Assembly: GCA_040380025.1 (NCBI GenBank)
Contig: JBEIJY010000013.1
Coordinates: forward strand, 1-58,014
Direction: 5' to 3'
Source of the DNA: Bdellovibrionales bacterium
GTDB lineage: Bacteria; Bdellovibrionota; UBA1018; CAIMNF01
DNA: 58,014 bases
Shown: positions 1 to 9,573 of the stretch, one piece after another
How positions within the stretch are numbered: position 1 is the first letter of the stretch
How the letters are laid out: every line of letters begins with the position of its first letter
Program-made: the position numbers and the translations under genes
Notes under the pieces: model-generated
What the model was told of the DNA's origin: nothing
The model's input: the letters and a program-made list of their open reading frames with translations, nothing else
The model's database searches: none

Positions 1-122
1 TCTCGCGAGCCAGGATGGCGAAAGCGAGGCCGGAGGACCCGGCTCGGAGGTAAAAACGGAATCATCCCATCCCCTTGGGCGAGCGCGCTCAGCGCAAAAG
101 CGCAATCAAAGGGGGCAGTTTG
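1..122. repeat. Truncated (window-edge) copy of palindromic REPIN/MITE-like repeat
   Basis: 1-97 aligns with 55757-55855 (TCTCGCGAGC...GCGAAAGCGAGGCCG.AGGAC.CGGCTCGGAGG...); 98-122 AAGCGCAATCAAAGGGGGCAGTTTG matches 35261-35285 at 23/25 positions. Confidence 0.8.
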
Positions 123-128
123 TATGAA

Positions 129-794
129 CTACTGCTCCACCGGCTCTTCCGTCGAAGCCGGCATTCGATACATGGGAATTCCTCTTTTTTTCAGCTCTTC
201 CATCTTTCGTTCTTCGTCGGTCTCGTGGTTCAAATAGTCCTGAAGCGCCTGGCCCGCATAGTCGGGATTCCGGTTGGGGTTGCCTTGGGCCTGATACGAG
301 TCATATTCCCGAAGCATGGTTTCCCGAAGAGACGGATCATCCGAAACTCCGGCAAGTCCCCGGGTCATTCCGAGAAGGGCCCGCCTTTGCTCGAAATCCG
401 CCTCTCCCACCTCGCCCCAGGCATGGTGGACCTGCTGGATCGATTCCGAGACATCTTCGGAGGAATCCAGATGGAACTGCCCGAGTCCGTCACGAGTCTC
501 AAGATTGTCCGCTGTAGCCCGGTTCAGGGGATATCCGGCCACCTCGGGGGTGTTTCCATTTTGACGGGGAGGGCTTCCGGAAGCCGAAAGATCGGGCAAA
601 ACCGCCTGGGGCCGTGACTCCACGAAGTCCGCCATTTTTTGCACCACCTGCGCCTTCGGATCCTCGCCGGCAAGCCCCCGTCCTTGCGAGGGCGCCACGT
701 CAGCATCGCTGGAAGGATCGCGATTCAGAAGGTGATTCACGCCCAGGAAGACGCCACAAATGAAAAGAAAAAGGAACCATGTTTTCTTCGACAT
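129..794 (-). CDS. Hypothetical protein with N-terminal membrane anchor/signal
   Basis: 221-aa ORF, basic+hydrophobic N-terminus (MSKKTWFLFLFICGVFLGV), starts 2 nt after the upstream gene's stop. Confidence 0.7.
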   Translation of the reverse strand: MSKKTWFLFLFICGVFLGVNHLLNRDPSSDADVAPSQGRGLAGEDPKAQVVQKMADFVESRPQAVLPDLSASGSPPRQNGNTPEVAGYPLNRATADNLETRDGLGQFHLDSSEDVSESIQQVHHAWGEVGEADFEQRRALLGMTRGLAGVSDDPSLRETMLREYDSYQAQGNPNRNPDYAGQALQDYLNHETDEERKMEELKKRGIPMYRMPASTEEPVEQ

Positions 795-796
795 GA

Positions 797-1276
797 TCAG
801 CCTGCCTTCTTTTTCTCCGCACGGTTCCGGAACTGCAAATTGTAGGCATCAGGCAGGTCCCGGAAGAAATCATCTTCCCGGAAGTGGAGCGGCTCGGGCA
901 GGCCCGTCTCGGCCACTTTCTCGAAATGGCTCCGGAGCCGGAACAAGGGACCGGCGATCCGATGAGATAGAATCAGCCCGAATACCGTCGACAAACACAC
1001 CACCCCGGCAAAACACCCGAGCTCGATCCAAGTCATTTCCGCCTGTCGTTCGGCGATGAACTGATAGAACACATGCCCTTGCGGAACTCCCGCGTACACC
1101 GCTTGCAGTTTTAGCCGATAAAAGAACCAGGAGTGGGAGATCCGCATCAGGAGAATGACCAGGACTCCGAGAGCCGCCATCCAGGAGATGAACCGGAGCT
1201 GGAAAGACGGGTGGATCAGGAGCGTCTTCCGGCGTTCCTGTGGGGTGGATTCGTGTGTTGTCTCTTCGTCCATCAT
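797..1276 (-). CDS. Two-TM membrane protein with HAMP-like C-terminus
   Basis: RRKTLLIHPSFQLRF N-terminus, two hydrophobic helices, SHRIAGPLFRL...FREDDFF HAMP-like segment; GGAGAGG SD before ATG. Confidence 0.7.
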   Translation of the reverse strand: MMDEETTHESTPQERRKTLLIHPSFQLRFISWMAALGVLVILLMRISHSWFFYRLKLQAVYAGVPQGHVFYQFIAERQAEMTWIELGCFAGVVCLSTVFGLILSHRIAGPLFRLRSHFEKVAETGLPEPLHFREDDFFRDLPDAYNLQFRNRAEKKKAG

Positions 1277-1292
1277 GGGTACCTCTCCGGAC

Positions 1293-1320
1293 GGATCGGA
1301 GGAATCCGTAGAAAACTTGA
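1293..1320 (-). promoter_or_regulatory. Possible sigma-28 (FliA) promoter
   Basis: Minus strand TCAAGTTT-N12-TCCGATCC versus consensus TAAAGTTT-N11-GCCGATAA. Confidence 0.3.
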
Positions 1321-1330
1321 AGCATTCCAC

Positions 1331-1371
1331 AAAAATGAAAAAGGGCCGAGGCATCTCTGCCCCGACCCTTT
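1331..1371 (-). terminator. Intrinsic terminator of HU gene
   Basis: Minus strand AAAGGGTCGGGGCA-GAGA-TGCCTCGGCCCTTT followed by TTCATTTTT. Confidence 0.75.
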
Positions 1372-1406
1372 CAAAAACGATCTTTCAAAAAATGGTGGAA
1401 AGAATC

Positions 1407-1820
1407 CTACCAGTTTTTCTTGTCTGCGAAGGTTTCCTTCAGGTTCTTCGGGAAGGACCAGCGAGGCTTTTTGGACTCGGGACGGCCCTTGACCATGATC
1501 TCTTCGCCGGTGAAGGGGTTCACGCCCTTGCCGGATTTGCGGGCTTTCACATCCCGGCGGGCAAGAACGCCGATTACGGGGAACCGTACGCGCTCGCCGG
1601 AAGCGGCCTTCTTCGCGCCGTTCAGGAAAGTGTTTTCCACGGCATTCTTCAGGTCCGAACGCTTCATCTTGATCTGGCCGTTTTTGCCGGCAGTCGCGAT
1701 GTTGAGGACGGCTGCGTGAAGCTCATTGATCATCGAGAACTTGGTGCTTTTCTTCGCAGCCTTGTTTCCGGTGGATTTTTTCGCGGTCGTTTTGGTCGTT
1801 TTTTTGGTGTTTTTCTTCAT
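1407..1820 (-). CDS. HU/IHF-family DNA-binding protein with Lys-rich N-terminal tail
   Basis: GERVRFPVIG...KARKSGKGVNPFTGEEIMVK...SKKPRWSFPKNLKE resembles the HU arm motif. Confidence 0.85.
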   Translation of the reverse strand: MKKNTKKTTKTTAKKSTGNKAAKKSTKFSMINELHAAVLNIATAGKNGQIKMKRSDLKNAVENTFLNGAKKAASGERVRFPVIGVLARRDVKARKSGKGVNPFTGEEIMVKGRPESKKPRWSFPKNLKETFADKKNW

Positions 1821-1932
1821 ATTATTGATTCCTCCAATGCGTTCAGATTAGATGTTTTTTCTTGTTTGACAACTGAATTCTGGAAAAAAAGCGGGAGTTG
1901 ACGAAATCCTCGCAAGCTCCGAGAGTGTGTGC

Positions 1933-2427
1933 ATGATCAATCCCCTGCCCTGCGGAAGAAAACGTCCCGAAGAGTCCAACCATGAAAACGAGGAATTCAC
2001 GGGCAATTGGAAGCAAGTTCTGAACGATCACCTGAAGTCGAAGGGACTGCGTGCGACCCGGCCGCGGGAGCAAGTCGCAGAAATCGCGCTCGCAAGGAGA
2101 ACCCATTTCGAAATCCAGGATCTGGTCCGCGAAGTCCGCGCGAAGCATGCCGAGATCAGCCCCGCTACTGTCTACCGGAGCGTGAAGACTCTTTGCGAGG
2201 CCGGACTTCTCATCGAGACCCTGCAAGGAAGCGGAAGAGTGGCGCTCTATGAAATCGCATCCCCCGATCATCATGATCACCTCGTGTGCCTTGATTGCGG
2301 AGAGATCTTCGAGTTCCACAACGAGGAACTCGAAGAGGCCCAGGCGGGGGCGGTGAAGGAAATGGGCTTCGAGGAAGTGCGGCACCGGCACGTGGTCTAC
2401 GCGCATTGCAACCGGCTCAAAAGGTGA
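1933..2427 (+). CDS. fur: Fur-family transcriptional regulator
   Basis: GLRATRPRE, ISPATVYRSV, HHDHLVCLDCG motifs; exact metal specificity not determined. Confidence 0.85.
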   Translation: MINPLPCGRKRPEESNHENEEFTGNWKQVLNDHLKSKGLRATRPREQVAEIALARRTHFEIQDLVREVRAKHAEISPATVYRSVKTLCEAGLLIETLQGSGRVALYEIASPDHHDHLVCLDCGEIFEFHNEELEEAQAGAVKEMGFEEVRHRHVVYAHCNRLKR

Positions 2428-2496
2428 ATCCGCGGACGCGACCATCCGTCCGCGCAGGATGCACACACGGGGCGGTCTTTATCATCAACCCAACGG

Positions 2497-4938
2497 CTAT
2501 TTTTTCAGGGAATCCTTGAGCGAGGCCAATCCGGCGAACGGGTTGTTGAACACCTGCGCAGGCTTCGAGGTCCGCTCTTTCGGAGGAATCGGACGCCCTC
2601 CGCCCGAAGAAGGCGGAGAGAAGGTCTTCCCTCCCGAGGGTCGGATTTCGGGTCTCGGCGCCGGACGGGACTCGGGAATTCTCCGGTCGCCCTCGTAGCT
2701 CACCACGAGTTTTTTCGGCTCCACAGGCGCTTTCGATCTCGGCTCGTGCTTCGGCTTCTCCTCGAGACGCATCGTGAGCGCCATCTGGGATTTCTCGAGA
2801 TTCACCTCGAGCACCTTGACGGTGACCTTGTCGCCCGGGCTCACCACCTGACTCGGGTCGGACACGAAACGATTCCCGAGTTGCGAGATGTGGACCAGTC
2901 CGTCCTGGTGCACGCCGATGTCCACGAACGCCCCGAAATTGGTCACATTCGTCACCACGCCGGGACAAATCATCCCGGGTTGCACATTCTTCAGCTCGCT
3001 CAAATCCTCACGGAACTGGACCGGCACGAACACATCGCGCGGATCCCGGCCCGGTTTTTCGAGTTCGGTCACGATGTCCTTCAGTGTGAATTCTCCGAGG
3101 CGCTCTTTCGCCTCGGGCACCGAGAGAAGCTCTTTTGCGCCTTTTCCGATGAAGTCGGCCACAGATTTCCCGCGGGCTTTCGCGATCGCCTCGAGATCGG
3201 CGTATTTCTCGGGATGCACGCCCGTGCGATCCAAGGGATTCTCGCTCTCGGGGATGCGCAGGAACCCGGCCGCAAGTTCATAGGTTTTTTTGCTGAAGCG
3301 GGGCACTTTGTTCAAATCTTCGCGCGACCTGAAGATCCCGTTCGCCTCGCGATATTCGACGACCGCCCGGGCAAGCCCCTCCCCGATTCCCGAAACGTGC
3401 GAGAGAAGATGCACGGAACCGGTGTTCACATTCACACCCACCGCGTTCACGCACGAATCGACGACATGGTCGAGCGCGCGCTTCAAGCCGGTCTGGGACA
3501 CGTCATGCTGGTACTGCCCGACACCGATGCTCTTCGGATCGATCTTCACGAGCTCGGCCAGCGGATCCTGGAACCTTCTGGCGATCGAGATCGCGCCCCG
3601 GACCGTCACATCGAGATTCGGAAACTCCTCGCGGGCGACAGCGCTTGCGCTATACACCGAAGCCCCGGCTTCGCTCACCATGACGACCGGAATGGAAATG
3701 GACTTCTCTTTCAGGGTCTGACGGATGAACGTCTCGGTTTCGCGGCCTGCCGTCCCGTTTCCGACCACGATCGAGGCGATCGCGCCGCTCTCGGCGAGAG
3801 CCAGAAGGAAGCTCTTCGCTTGCGCCTTCTCGGACTCCGTATGAAGACGGATCACGGTTTCAGAAAGAAACTTTCCCGAACCGTCAATCACCGCGAGTTT
3901 GCAACCGGTCCGGAGCCCCGGATCCACGCCCAATACAGGCTTCGGGCCGTAGGGCGGGGCAAGCAGGATCTTCCGGACGTTCTCAGAAAACACCTGGATG
4001 GCCATCTGGTCGGCCACATCCTTCAGTTGCTTGTGGAGCTCGTTTTCGATGCCGGGAATCACATGGGCTTTGAGCGCCATGCGGGCGGCTTTCTCGAGCG
4101 GGCCCTTCACCGGACTCTCGCGATCCCCTGCTGCGAAGGACTGAAAGTGGCCCGTCAGATCGGCCTCAAAAGCAGGATCCGACTTTGATCCTCCGAAGGA
4201 GATCGAAAGCTCCTCTTCGATCCAGCCGCGCCGGATCGCAAGATACCGGTGCGAGGAGCGCGGCTCCAGCAGTGCGTGCGCCTTTTCTTCGTACTCGAAG
4301 TAGTTCTGGTATTTGGAGTTCGGTTTCGCCTTCTCCGCCTTCAAGGTGCGAAGAAAGGCGCGCTTCGCATAGGTCTCGCGCACGAATTGCCGGAGTGCGA
4401 GGTCCTCGCTCATGCGCTCGATCAGGATGTCGGTGGCGCCGGTGATGGCGGACTCCGCATCCTTGAAGCCTTTTTCTTCGTTCTTGAAGGTGAAGGCCCA
4501 GATCTCGAGGGTTTGCCCGGCCTCGGGCGAGATTTTTCCGTGCCCCACATCCCAGATCCAGTCGGCCAGGGGTTCGAGTCCCGCCTCTTTGGCGAGGGTC
4601 GCCTTGCTTTTTCTCTTCTGCTTGTAGGGAAGATAGAGGTCTTCCAGGAGATTCCGGTCGAAGGTTCCGAAGATCGCGGTTTTCAGCTCACCGGTGAGCT
4701 TTCCCTGCTTCTCGATTTCTCCCGAGATGTACTGCTGGCGATTCAGGATCTCATCCCACTCCTCTTTCAGGTCGATCACCTTCTGGATCTTCACCTCATC
4801 GAGATTGCCGGTTTTTTCTTTCCGGTAGCGCGCGATGAAAGGAACGGTGGCTCCTTCCGTCTTCAACTCCAGCACCGCATTCGCGGAAGCAAGGGGGACT
4901 CCGGGGACTTGGGAAACGAGAAATTTTTCGAAGGTCAT
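2497..4938 (-). CDS. tex: Tex transcription accessory protein (S1 RNA-binding)
   Basis: GATVPFIARYRKEKTG, LEDLYLPYKQKR, GVDPGLRTGCK, IGVGQYQHDV, C-terminal S1 (NFGAFVDIGVHQDGLVHIS). Confidence 0.95.
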   Translation of the reverse strand: MTFEKFLVSQVPGVPLASANAVLELKTEGATVPFIARYRKEKTGNLDEVKIQKVIDLKEEWDEILNRQQYISGEIEKQGKLTGELKTAIFGTFDRNLLEDLYLPYKQKRKSKATLAKEAGLEPLADWIWDVGHGKISPEAGQTLEIWAFTFKNEEKGFKDAESAITGATDILIERMSEDLALRQFVRETYAKRAFLRTLKAEKAKPNSKYQNYFEYEEKAHALLEPRSSHRYLAIRRGWIEEELSISFGGSKSDPAFEADLTGHFQSFAAGDRESPVKGPLEKAARMALKAHVIPGIENELHKQLKDVADQMAIQVFSENVRKILLAPPYGPKPVLGVDPGLRTGCKLAVIDGSGKFLSETVIRLHTESEKAQAKSFLLALAESGAIASIVVGNGTAGRETETFIRQTLKEKSISIPVVMVSEAGASVYSASAVAREEFPNLDVTVRGAISIARRFQDPLAELVKIDPKSIGVGQYQHDVSQTGLKRALDHVVDSCVNAVGVNVNTGSVHLLSHVSGIGEGLARAVVEYREANGIFRSREDLNKVPRFSKKTYELAAGFLRIPESENPLDRTGVHPEKYADLEAIAKARGKSVADFIGKGAKELLSVPEAKERLGEFTLKDIVTELEKPGRDPRDVFVPVQFREDLSELKNVQPGMICPGVVTNVTNFGAFVDIGVHQDGLVHISQLGNRFVSDPSQVVSPGDKVTVKVLEVNLEKSQMALTMRLEEKPKHEPRSKAPVEPKKLVVSYEGDRRIPESRPAPRPEIRPSGGKTFSPPSSGGGRPIPPKERTSKPAQVFNNPFAGLASLKDSLKK

Positions 4939-4957
4939 GGGATCGGATTTTCCTGGA

Positions 4958-5464
4958 TTATTTCTTGCGGAAGCGGCTCCACAAACGGGAGAGGCCGGAT
5001 TTTTCGTTGTTCTTCTGGATTTCGTGGAGCTTTTCTTTTTGTTCGTCGGTCAGCTCGCCGGGACTCTCCGGATTCGCCGAGGCATTCTCGAGCTGGGCTT
5101 CGAGCTCGGGGGATTTCTTCAAAAGCGCCTGGACGGAGGGCGGAAGTCTTTTTTGCAGATCCTCGAGCTCGCGGCTCACATCCTTGCCCATCATGCCTTT
5201 TTTCATGAGGGATTGGAGTTGCTGGAGCTGGCCTTTCGGAAGCCTCTGAAGGGCGCTGCTGAACTCGGCAAGCCAGTTCAGATCCATTTTGGAGGGGTCG
5301 AACTGGGGTGCCGCAGCTTCGGCCGAAGCGTCGTCCGTTTGGGCCGGAACGGCCGGACTTTCGTTCAGGGATTCGTCATCTGCATGACAACGCTTGAATT
5401 TTTTTCCGCTCCCGCAGGGACAAGGATCATTTCGGCCCACATTCTTGAATTGTTCAGTATTCAT
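4958..5464 (-). CDS. SEC-C motif protein
   Basis: N-terminal [19 protein letters not shown]. Confidence 0.85.
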   Translation of the reverse strand: MNTEQFKNVGRNDPCPCGSGKKFKRCHADDESLNESPAVPAQTDDASAEAAAPQFDPSKMDLNWLAEFSSALQRLPKGQLQQLQSLMKKGMMGKDVSRELEDLQKRLPPSVQALLKKSPELEAQLENASANPESPGELTDEQKEKLHEIQKNNEKSGLSRLWSRFRKK

Positions 5465-5550
5465 GAGCGTTCGATCGTGCCCAAAGTGGCGGGCCTTTGC
5501 AAGGGGGGCGGGTATTGATTTTATGTGTGTTTTTTGATTCAGGAGAGGAA

Positions 5551-5635
5551 TGGTGCGGTCGACTGGACTTGAACCAGCACGCCTTTCGGCATACGCCCCT
5601 CAAACGTACGTGTCTACCAATTCCACCACGACCGC
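5551..5635 (-). tRNA. tRNA-Leu(GAG)
   Basis: GCGGTCG...CGACCGC-A-CCA acceptor, TACGT-TTGAGGG-GCGTA anticodon arm, long variable arm, TTCAAGT T-loop. Confidence 0.95.
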
Positions 5636-5714
5636 ATTCCAAATTGATTGAGGGCAGGACAAACCTTAGCCAAGATTTGTCCCACCGTCAATCTCATTTC
5701 AAAAAAACCTGATT

Positions 5715-6653
5715 TCAGAGCCAGTTGCCCGATGCGGGTTTGTACCAGCACCGAGGACGGAACCCGAACGGATCCCGATTTTCCTGGCTGCACGCTCCGG
5801 TGACACCCTCCGTGCCGCCGAAATCCACGAGTCCAGAAACACCGCAAATTGCGCCCGCAAAGTAGGTATCAAGCCGGCACTGGGCGAGCGGGTGACCATG
5901 ACTGGTGGCGCTCACTTGGGCTTGCGAAGGAGTGTCGAAGGCAGGAGGATTTGCAGGTTCCGCGGAGCGCGCTCCCCGTCTGCGGCCGAGCTCGTAGAGC
6001 ACCTGCGCGAGAACCTTTCCGGTCATCGCCGAGCGCTTGCAGATCGCAATGTCTTTCGCGCTCACGAATCCGAGCTGGCATCCGCGGGAAACATCAACCG
6101 GCACTTCCATGGTTGCAAGAATCGCTTCGTTGTCGTCGTTTTCGATGATCCGGCGGAAGCACTTCATGGTGGCGAAGTAGTCCGATTGCCCTTCATCCGA
6201 GGCCCAGGCACTGCCGAATCCGGAGTACCGGGGGAATCCGCCCATGTGATGCCCCATCTCGTGGCAAAGCACCATGAGCTCTCCGTCCGGAGTGATCGAA
6301 GGATAGCGCGCAAGACCGCCGTAGGCGTTCACGATCCAGGTTTTTCCGCTGCGGGTGGCGCTTGCATTGACCTCATCCGAGGTCCACTTGCGATTGATCT
6401 GCAGGGTCGCTCCGCGAGCGGCCACGATCTTGGTATAGAGCGCCTCCACACGATCGATCACGCGATCGTACTCCTCTCGCGAGATTCCCCCCGCGAGTTT
6501 GCTGTCGACCGGAATCCGAAGATCGTGTTCCGGTGCGAAATCGCAAAGCTTGATTTCAGTCGGTTCATTCCCGGTCTCCGGAAGCCCGTGTGCATGCACG
6601 GTCAGAGACAAGGTCAGCAGAAGCGCGCAAGAAAGCGCCATCCTTTTGGTCAT
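5715..6653 (-). CDS. Secreted zinc metallopeptidase (M48-like HExxH)
   Basis: Signal peptide, EVNASA, LCHEMGHH, DEGQSDYFA, multiple Cys. Confidence 0.75.
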   Translation of the reverse strand: MTKRMALSCALLLTLSLTVHAHGLPETGNEPTEIKLCDFAPEHDLRIPVDSKLAGGISREEYDRVIDRVEALYTKIVAARGATLQINRKWTSDEVNASATRSGKTWIVNAYGGLARYPSITPDGELMVLCHEMGHHMGGFPRYSGFGSAWASDEGQSDYFATMKCFRRIIENDDNEAILATMEVPVDVSRGCQLGFVSAKDIAICKRSAMTGKVLAQVLYELGRRRGARSAEPANPPAFDTPSQAQVSATSHGHPLAQCRLDTYFAGAICGVSGLVDFGGTEGVTGACSQENRDPFGFRPRCWYKPASGNWL

Positions 6654-6681
6654 TTTACCCCCCAAGGTCAGTCCATTATCC

Positions 6682-6707
6682 TTTCGATCGAGTCAGTTCG
6701 ATCGAAA
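6682..6707. promoter_or_regulatory. Perfect 10-bp inverted repeat, possible operator
   Basis: TTTCGATCGA-N6-TCGATCGAAA next to a minus-strand GATAAT -10-like hexamer upstream of the peptidase gene. Confidence 0.4.
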
Positions 6708-6777
6708 CTCTTCTATGAGTGCAATAATCGTCTCAAACCTGACGCGAAAAACAACCAAATTCTGACGGACCGCGCGC

Positions 6778-7719
6778 CTACTGACGATAGCATCGGGAGA
6801 CATCCAGGCCGGCGGGCACGAGCTTGACCTCGATCAACTGCCGGTACAGCTCCTCCCAACGGGCGCGACTCATGAATCCGAGGCCGTGTTTTTTCGTGTC
6901 GGCGGTCTCGATGAATCGCTTTTGGATCTTCGAGGATTCCTTGAAGGTTTCAAGGCTCATGGACGGATTCAGCTTCTGCATCTCCCGGTTCGAATCCGCC
7001 GGATCCTTCAGGTACGAGGTCCAGCCCTCTTTCGTGGCTTTCAGGAACTTCCCGACCATTTCCCCTTCGTCGCGAAGCGTGTCCTCGTGAACGACAATCA
7101 CCGTCTGATACGAATTGAAGCCGGAATCTGAGATCGGAAAGGTCACGGGGTTCAACTTCTCGCGCCGTGCGGCGATCGGCTCGGAGGTCAGAAAACATTG
7201 CTGCGAGAACTTCTTGTCCTCGAGAAACTTCGAAATCCCGCCCGTATAAGGAACCAGTCTTGCCTTAATCGGCGCATACATCTTCTCGATCCAGAGGGTG
7301 TAAGGAAGTCCCTTCTGGAGGGCGATCGTTCCCTCGGACTGGAAGAGTTCTTTCAAGGAGCGGATCCCCCGTTCGGGATGAACCATGAATCCCTGCGGGT
7401 CATTCTGGAACACGGTGAACAGCGCCACGATTTTCGCTCCCTGCGCGCGCGCAAGGAGCACCTCGTCCGAAGAGACGGTTCCGAATTTCACCTTTTTTCC
7501 GGCGACCATCTGGGCGACCGGCTGTCCTGCGCCACCGGGAAGGATCTCGATCTTGAGTCCGACTTTTTCGTATATTTTCTTGAACAGCGCCTCGTAAAAC
7601 CCTCCGAACTCGGGCTCGGGCTTCCAGTTCAGGGCGAGGGTCTGCGCCTGCGCGACCCCGCAAAGCGGCGATAAAAAAAGGGACAAAAAAACCGTGAGAA
7701 TCCTGATTCGATTTTTCAT
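6778..7719 (-). CDS. ABC transporter substrate-binding protein, NMT1/THI5-like
   Basis: Signal peptide, LNWKPEPEFGGFYEA, PGGAG, FQNDPQG; in operon with permease and ATPase. Confidence 0.85.
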   Translation of the reverse strand: MKNRIRILTVFLSLFLSPLCGVAQAQTLALNWKPEPEFGGFYEALFKKIYEKVGLKIEILPGGAGQPVAQMVAGKKVKFGTVSSDEVLLARAQGAKIVALFTVFQNDPQGFMVHPERGIRSLKELFQSEGTIALQKGLPYTLWIEKMYAPIKARLVPYTGGISKFLEDKKFSQQCFLTSEPIAARREKLNPVTFPISDSGFNSYQTVIVVHEDTLRDEGEMVGKFLKATKEGWTSYLKDPADSNREMQKLNPSMSLETFKESSKIQKRFIETADTKKHGLGFMSRARWEELYRQLIEVKLVPAGLDVSRCYRQ

Positions 7720-8468
7720 TCCGTACGGGCCTCCTTCCGGCCCACCAAAATCCGCGAGAGGAGCGAGATCGCCCCGAAGAAAACAATTCCCATGACGGAT
7801 GCGAGCAAAACCGCCGCAAAAACGCGGTCCACTCTTTGCTGGTTCCGTGCCGCATCGACCACTCCGCCAAGCCCGGTCCCCGAGATGAACTCGCCCACGA
7901 TGGCGCCGATCACGGCGAGCCCCGAGGCGATTTCAAAGCCGGTCAGGATCTGCGGCAGAGCCGCCGGGAAACGGAGCCGGAGCAGGGTTTGCATCGGAGT
8001 CGCTCCGATCAGACGGAAAAGATCGAGGAGCGCGGGTTCCGTCGCGAGCAGTCCGTTCACACTGTTCGCGATCACCGGAAACACCGAAACGATGAAGGAG
8101 CTCGCGATCACGGTCGGGGTCCCGTATCCGAGCCAGATCACGAGGATCGGAGCGATCGCGATGATCGGCACGGTCTGGAAGAAGATCGCATACGGATAAA
8201 ACATCGCGCGAATCAGGCGCGAGATCGAGAGTGCCAGGGCGATCCAGAGCCCGAGGGCGACCGAGATGAGGAATCCCGACACCGAGGCGATCGACGTTTC
8301 GAGAAAAGCCTGCATGAAAAGAGCATGATCCTCGATCATGACCCGGAGGACCTGGCTTGGGGATGGCAGAAGAAAGCGCGGGATGCGCCCGCTCTCGACC
8401 GCAAACTCGGCAAGAAGAGTGATCGCCGCAAGAGGAATGAGCGGAAAAAGAAACGGCCTCCAACCCAT
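7716..8468 (-). CDS. ABC transporter permease (SsuC/TauC-like)
   Basis: LLPSPSQV, FQTVPIIAIAP, LRFPAALPQI, GAIVGEF. Confidence 0.9.
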   Translation of the reverse strand: MGWRPFLFPLIPLAAITLLAEFAVESGRIPRFLLPSPSQVLRVMIEDHALFMQAFLETSIASVSGFLISVALGLWIALALSISRLIRAMFYPYAIFFQTVPIIAIAPILVIWLGYGTPTVIASSFIVSVFPVIANSVNGLLATEPALLDLFRLIGATPMQTLLRLRFPAALPQILTGFEIASGLAVIGAIVGEFISGTGLGGVVDAARNQQRVDRVFAAVLLASVMGIVFFGAISLLSRILVGRKEARTE

Positions 8469-8470
8469 GA

Positions 8471-9199
8471 TCAAAGCCCTCCTTTCAGCATCGAGAAGCA
8501 CTCCTCAACGAGCGACAGAAACTTCGGGTCCCCTCTTTGCGAGAGCGTTCGCTCGGGCCCGAGATCGATCCCGCGGTCGAGCGCCACCCTCCCGGGCTGT
8601 CCCTCGAAAAGAAGAACACGATCCGAGAGCCATAAGCCCTCGGTGATGGAATGGGTCACCATGACCACAGTGGGCTTCAGGCTCCGGAAGAGCTCCCGGA
8701 GCTCAAGACCAAGTTCGATCCGGATCGGCTCATCAAGGGCTGCAAAGGGCTCATCGAGCAGCAAAAGACCGGGATCGGTGATCAGCGCGCGCGCAAGCGA
8801 CACCCTCATGCGGAGCCCGCCCGAAAGCTCCCGGGGCTTGCTCCCCGTGTGGCGTTCGATCCGGAGTTTCCGGATCCACGGCATGGCTTTCTCTTCGGCT
8901 TCCTTTCGCGACATTCCCCGGATGGTCAGGGGGAGCGTGATGTTCTCGATCACCGTCCGCCAAGGAAGCAAGGCCGCCTCCTGGAACACATATCCGATTT
9001 GCCTCGGGGTAAAGGAAGACTCGATCGATCCGGCCCCCGGTGACTCCAGACCCGCAATCAGCCGGAGAAGCGTGGTTTTTCCGCAACCGGAGGGCCCGAG
9101 AAGTGTCACCCACTCCCCGTCCCGGAATTCGGCACGGATGGACCCGAGTCCCAGCCCGGTTTTCGGAAAAATCTTCTCGACTCCCTGAAGACGGATCAT
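8471..9199 (-). CDS. ABC transporter ATP-binding protein (SsuB/TauB-like)
   Basis: GPSGCGKTT, LSGG, LLLLDEPFAALD, VTH. Confidence 0.92.
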   Translation of the reverse strand: MIRLQGVEKIFPKTGLGLGSIRAEFRDGEWVTLLGPSGCGKTTLLRLIAGLESPGAGSIESSFTPRQIGYVFQEAALLPWRTVIENITLPLTIRGMSRKEAEEKAMPWIRKLRIERHTGSKPRELSGGLRMRVSLARALITDPGLLLLDEPFAALDEPIRIELGLELRELFRSLKPTVVMVTHSITEGLWLSDRVLLFEGQPGRVALDRGIDLGPERTLSQRGDPKFLSLVEECFSMLKGGL

Positions 9200-9573
9200 G
9201 GCCCGAGAGTCGCCTTTCCCATGGCGCGGCCATCGAGATCGCAAAGCTCGACCGAGACGGAATCGAGCGGTGCGCCGGACAGTCTTTGCTCGAATTCATC
9301 TGAAATCCAGACACAAAGGTTCTCACTCGTCGGACTGAGGCCCAGAGTTTCGTTCAGGTAGGTTCCTTGCAAAGGCGCAAGGGCACCATCCAGAACCTTT
9401 TGCAGAAGAACCAGATCGATCACGCGGTCGCCCTGCAAGGGGAAGGGCATGCGGAATTCCACCGCAACCCGGAACAAATGAAAATGCGGAGTCTCGAACC
9501 CCGCCAAGCTGTGGGATGCTCTGAGTTCCCCGAACACCGAGAGACGGAAAAACCGGTCAGCAGTTGTTTTCAT
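9196..9573 (-). CDS. PTPS/QueD-family (T-fold) protein, variant motif
   Basis: LRASHSL...FETPHFH, VIDL, GTYLNE, SPTSENL. Confidence 0.75.
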   Translation of the reverse strand: MKTTADRFFRLSVFGELRASHSLAGFETPHFHLFRVAVEFRMPFPLQGDRVIDLVLLQKVLDGALAPLQGTYLNETLGLSPTSENLCVWISDEFEQRLSGAPLDSVSVELCDLDGRAMGKATLGP

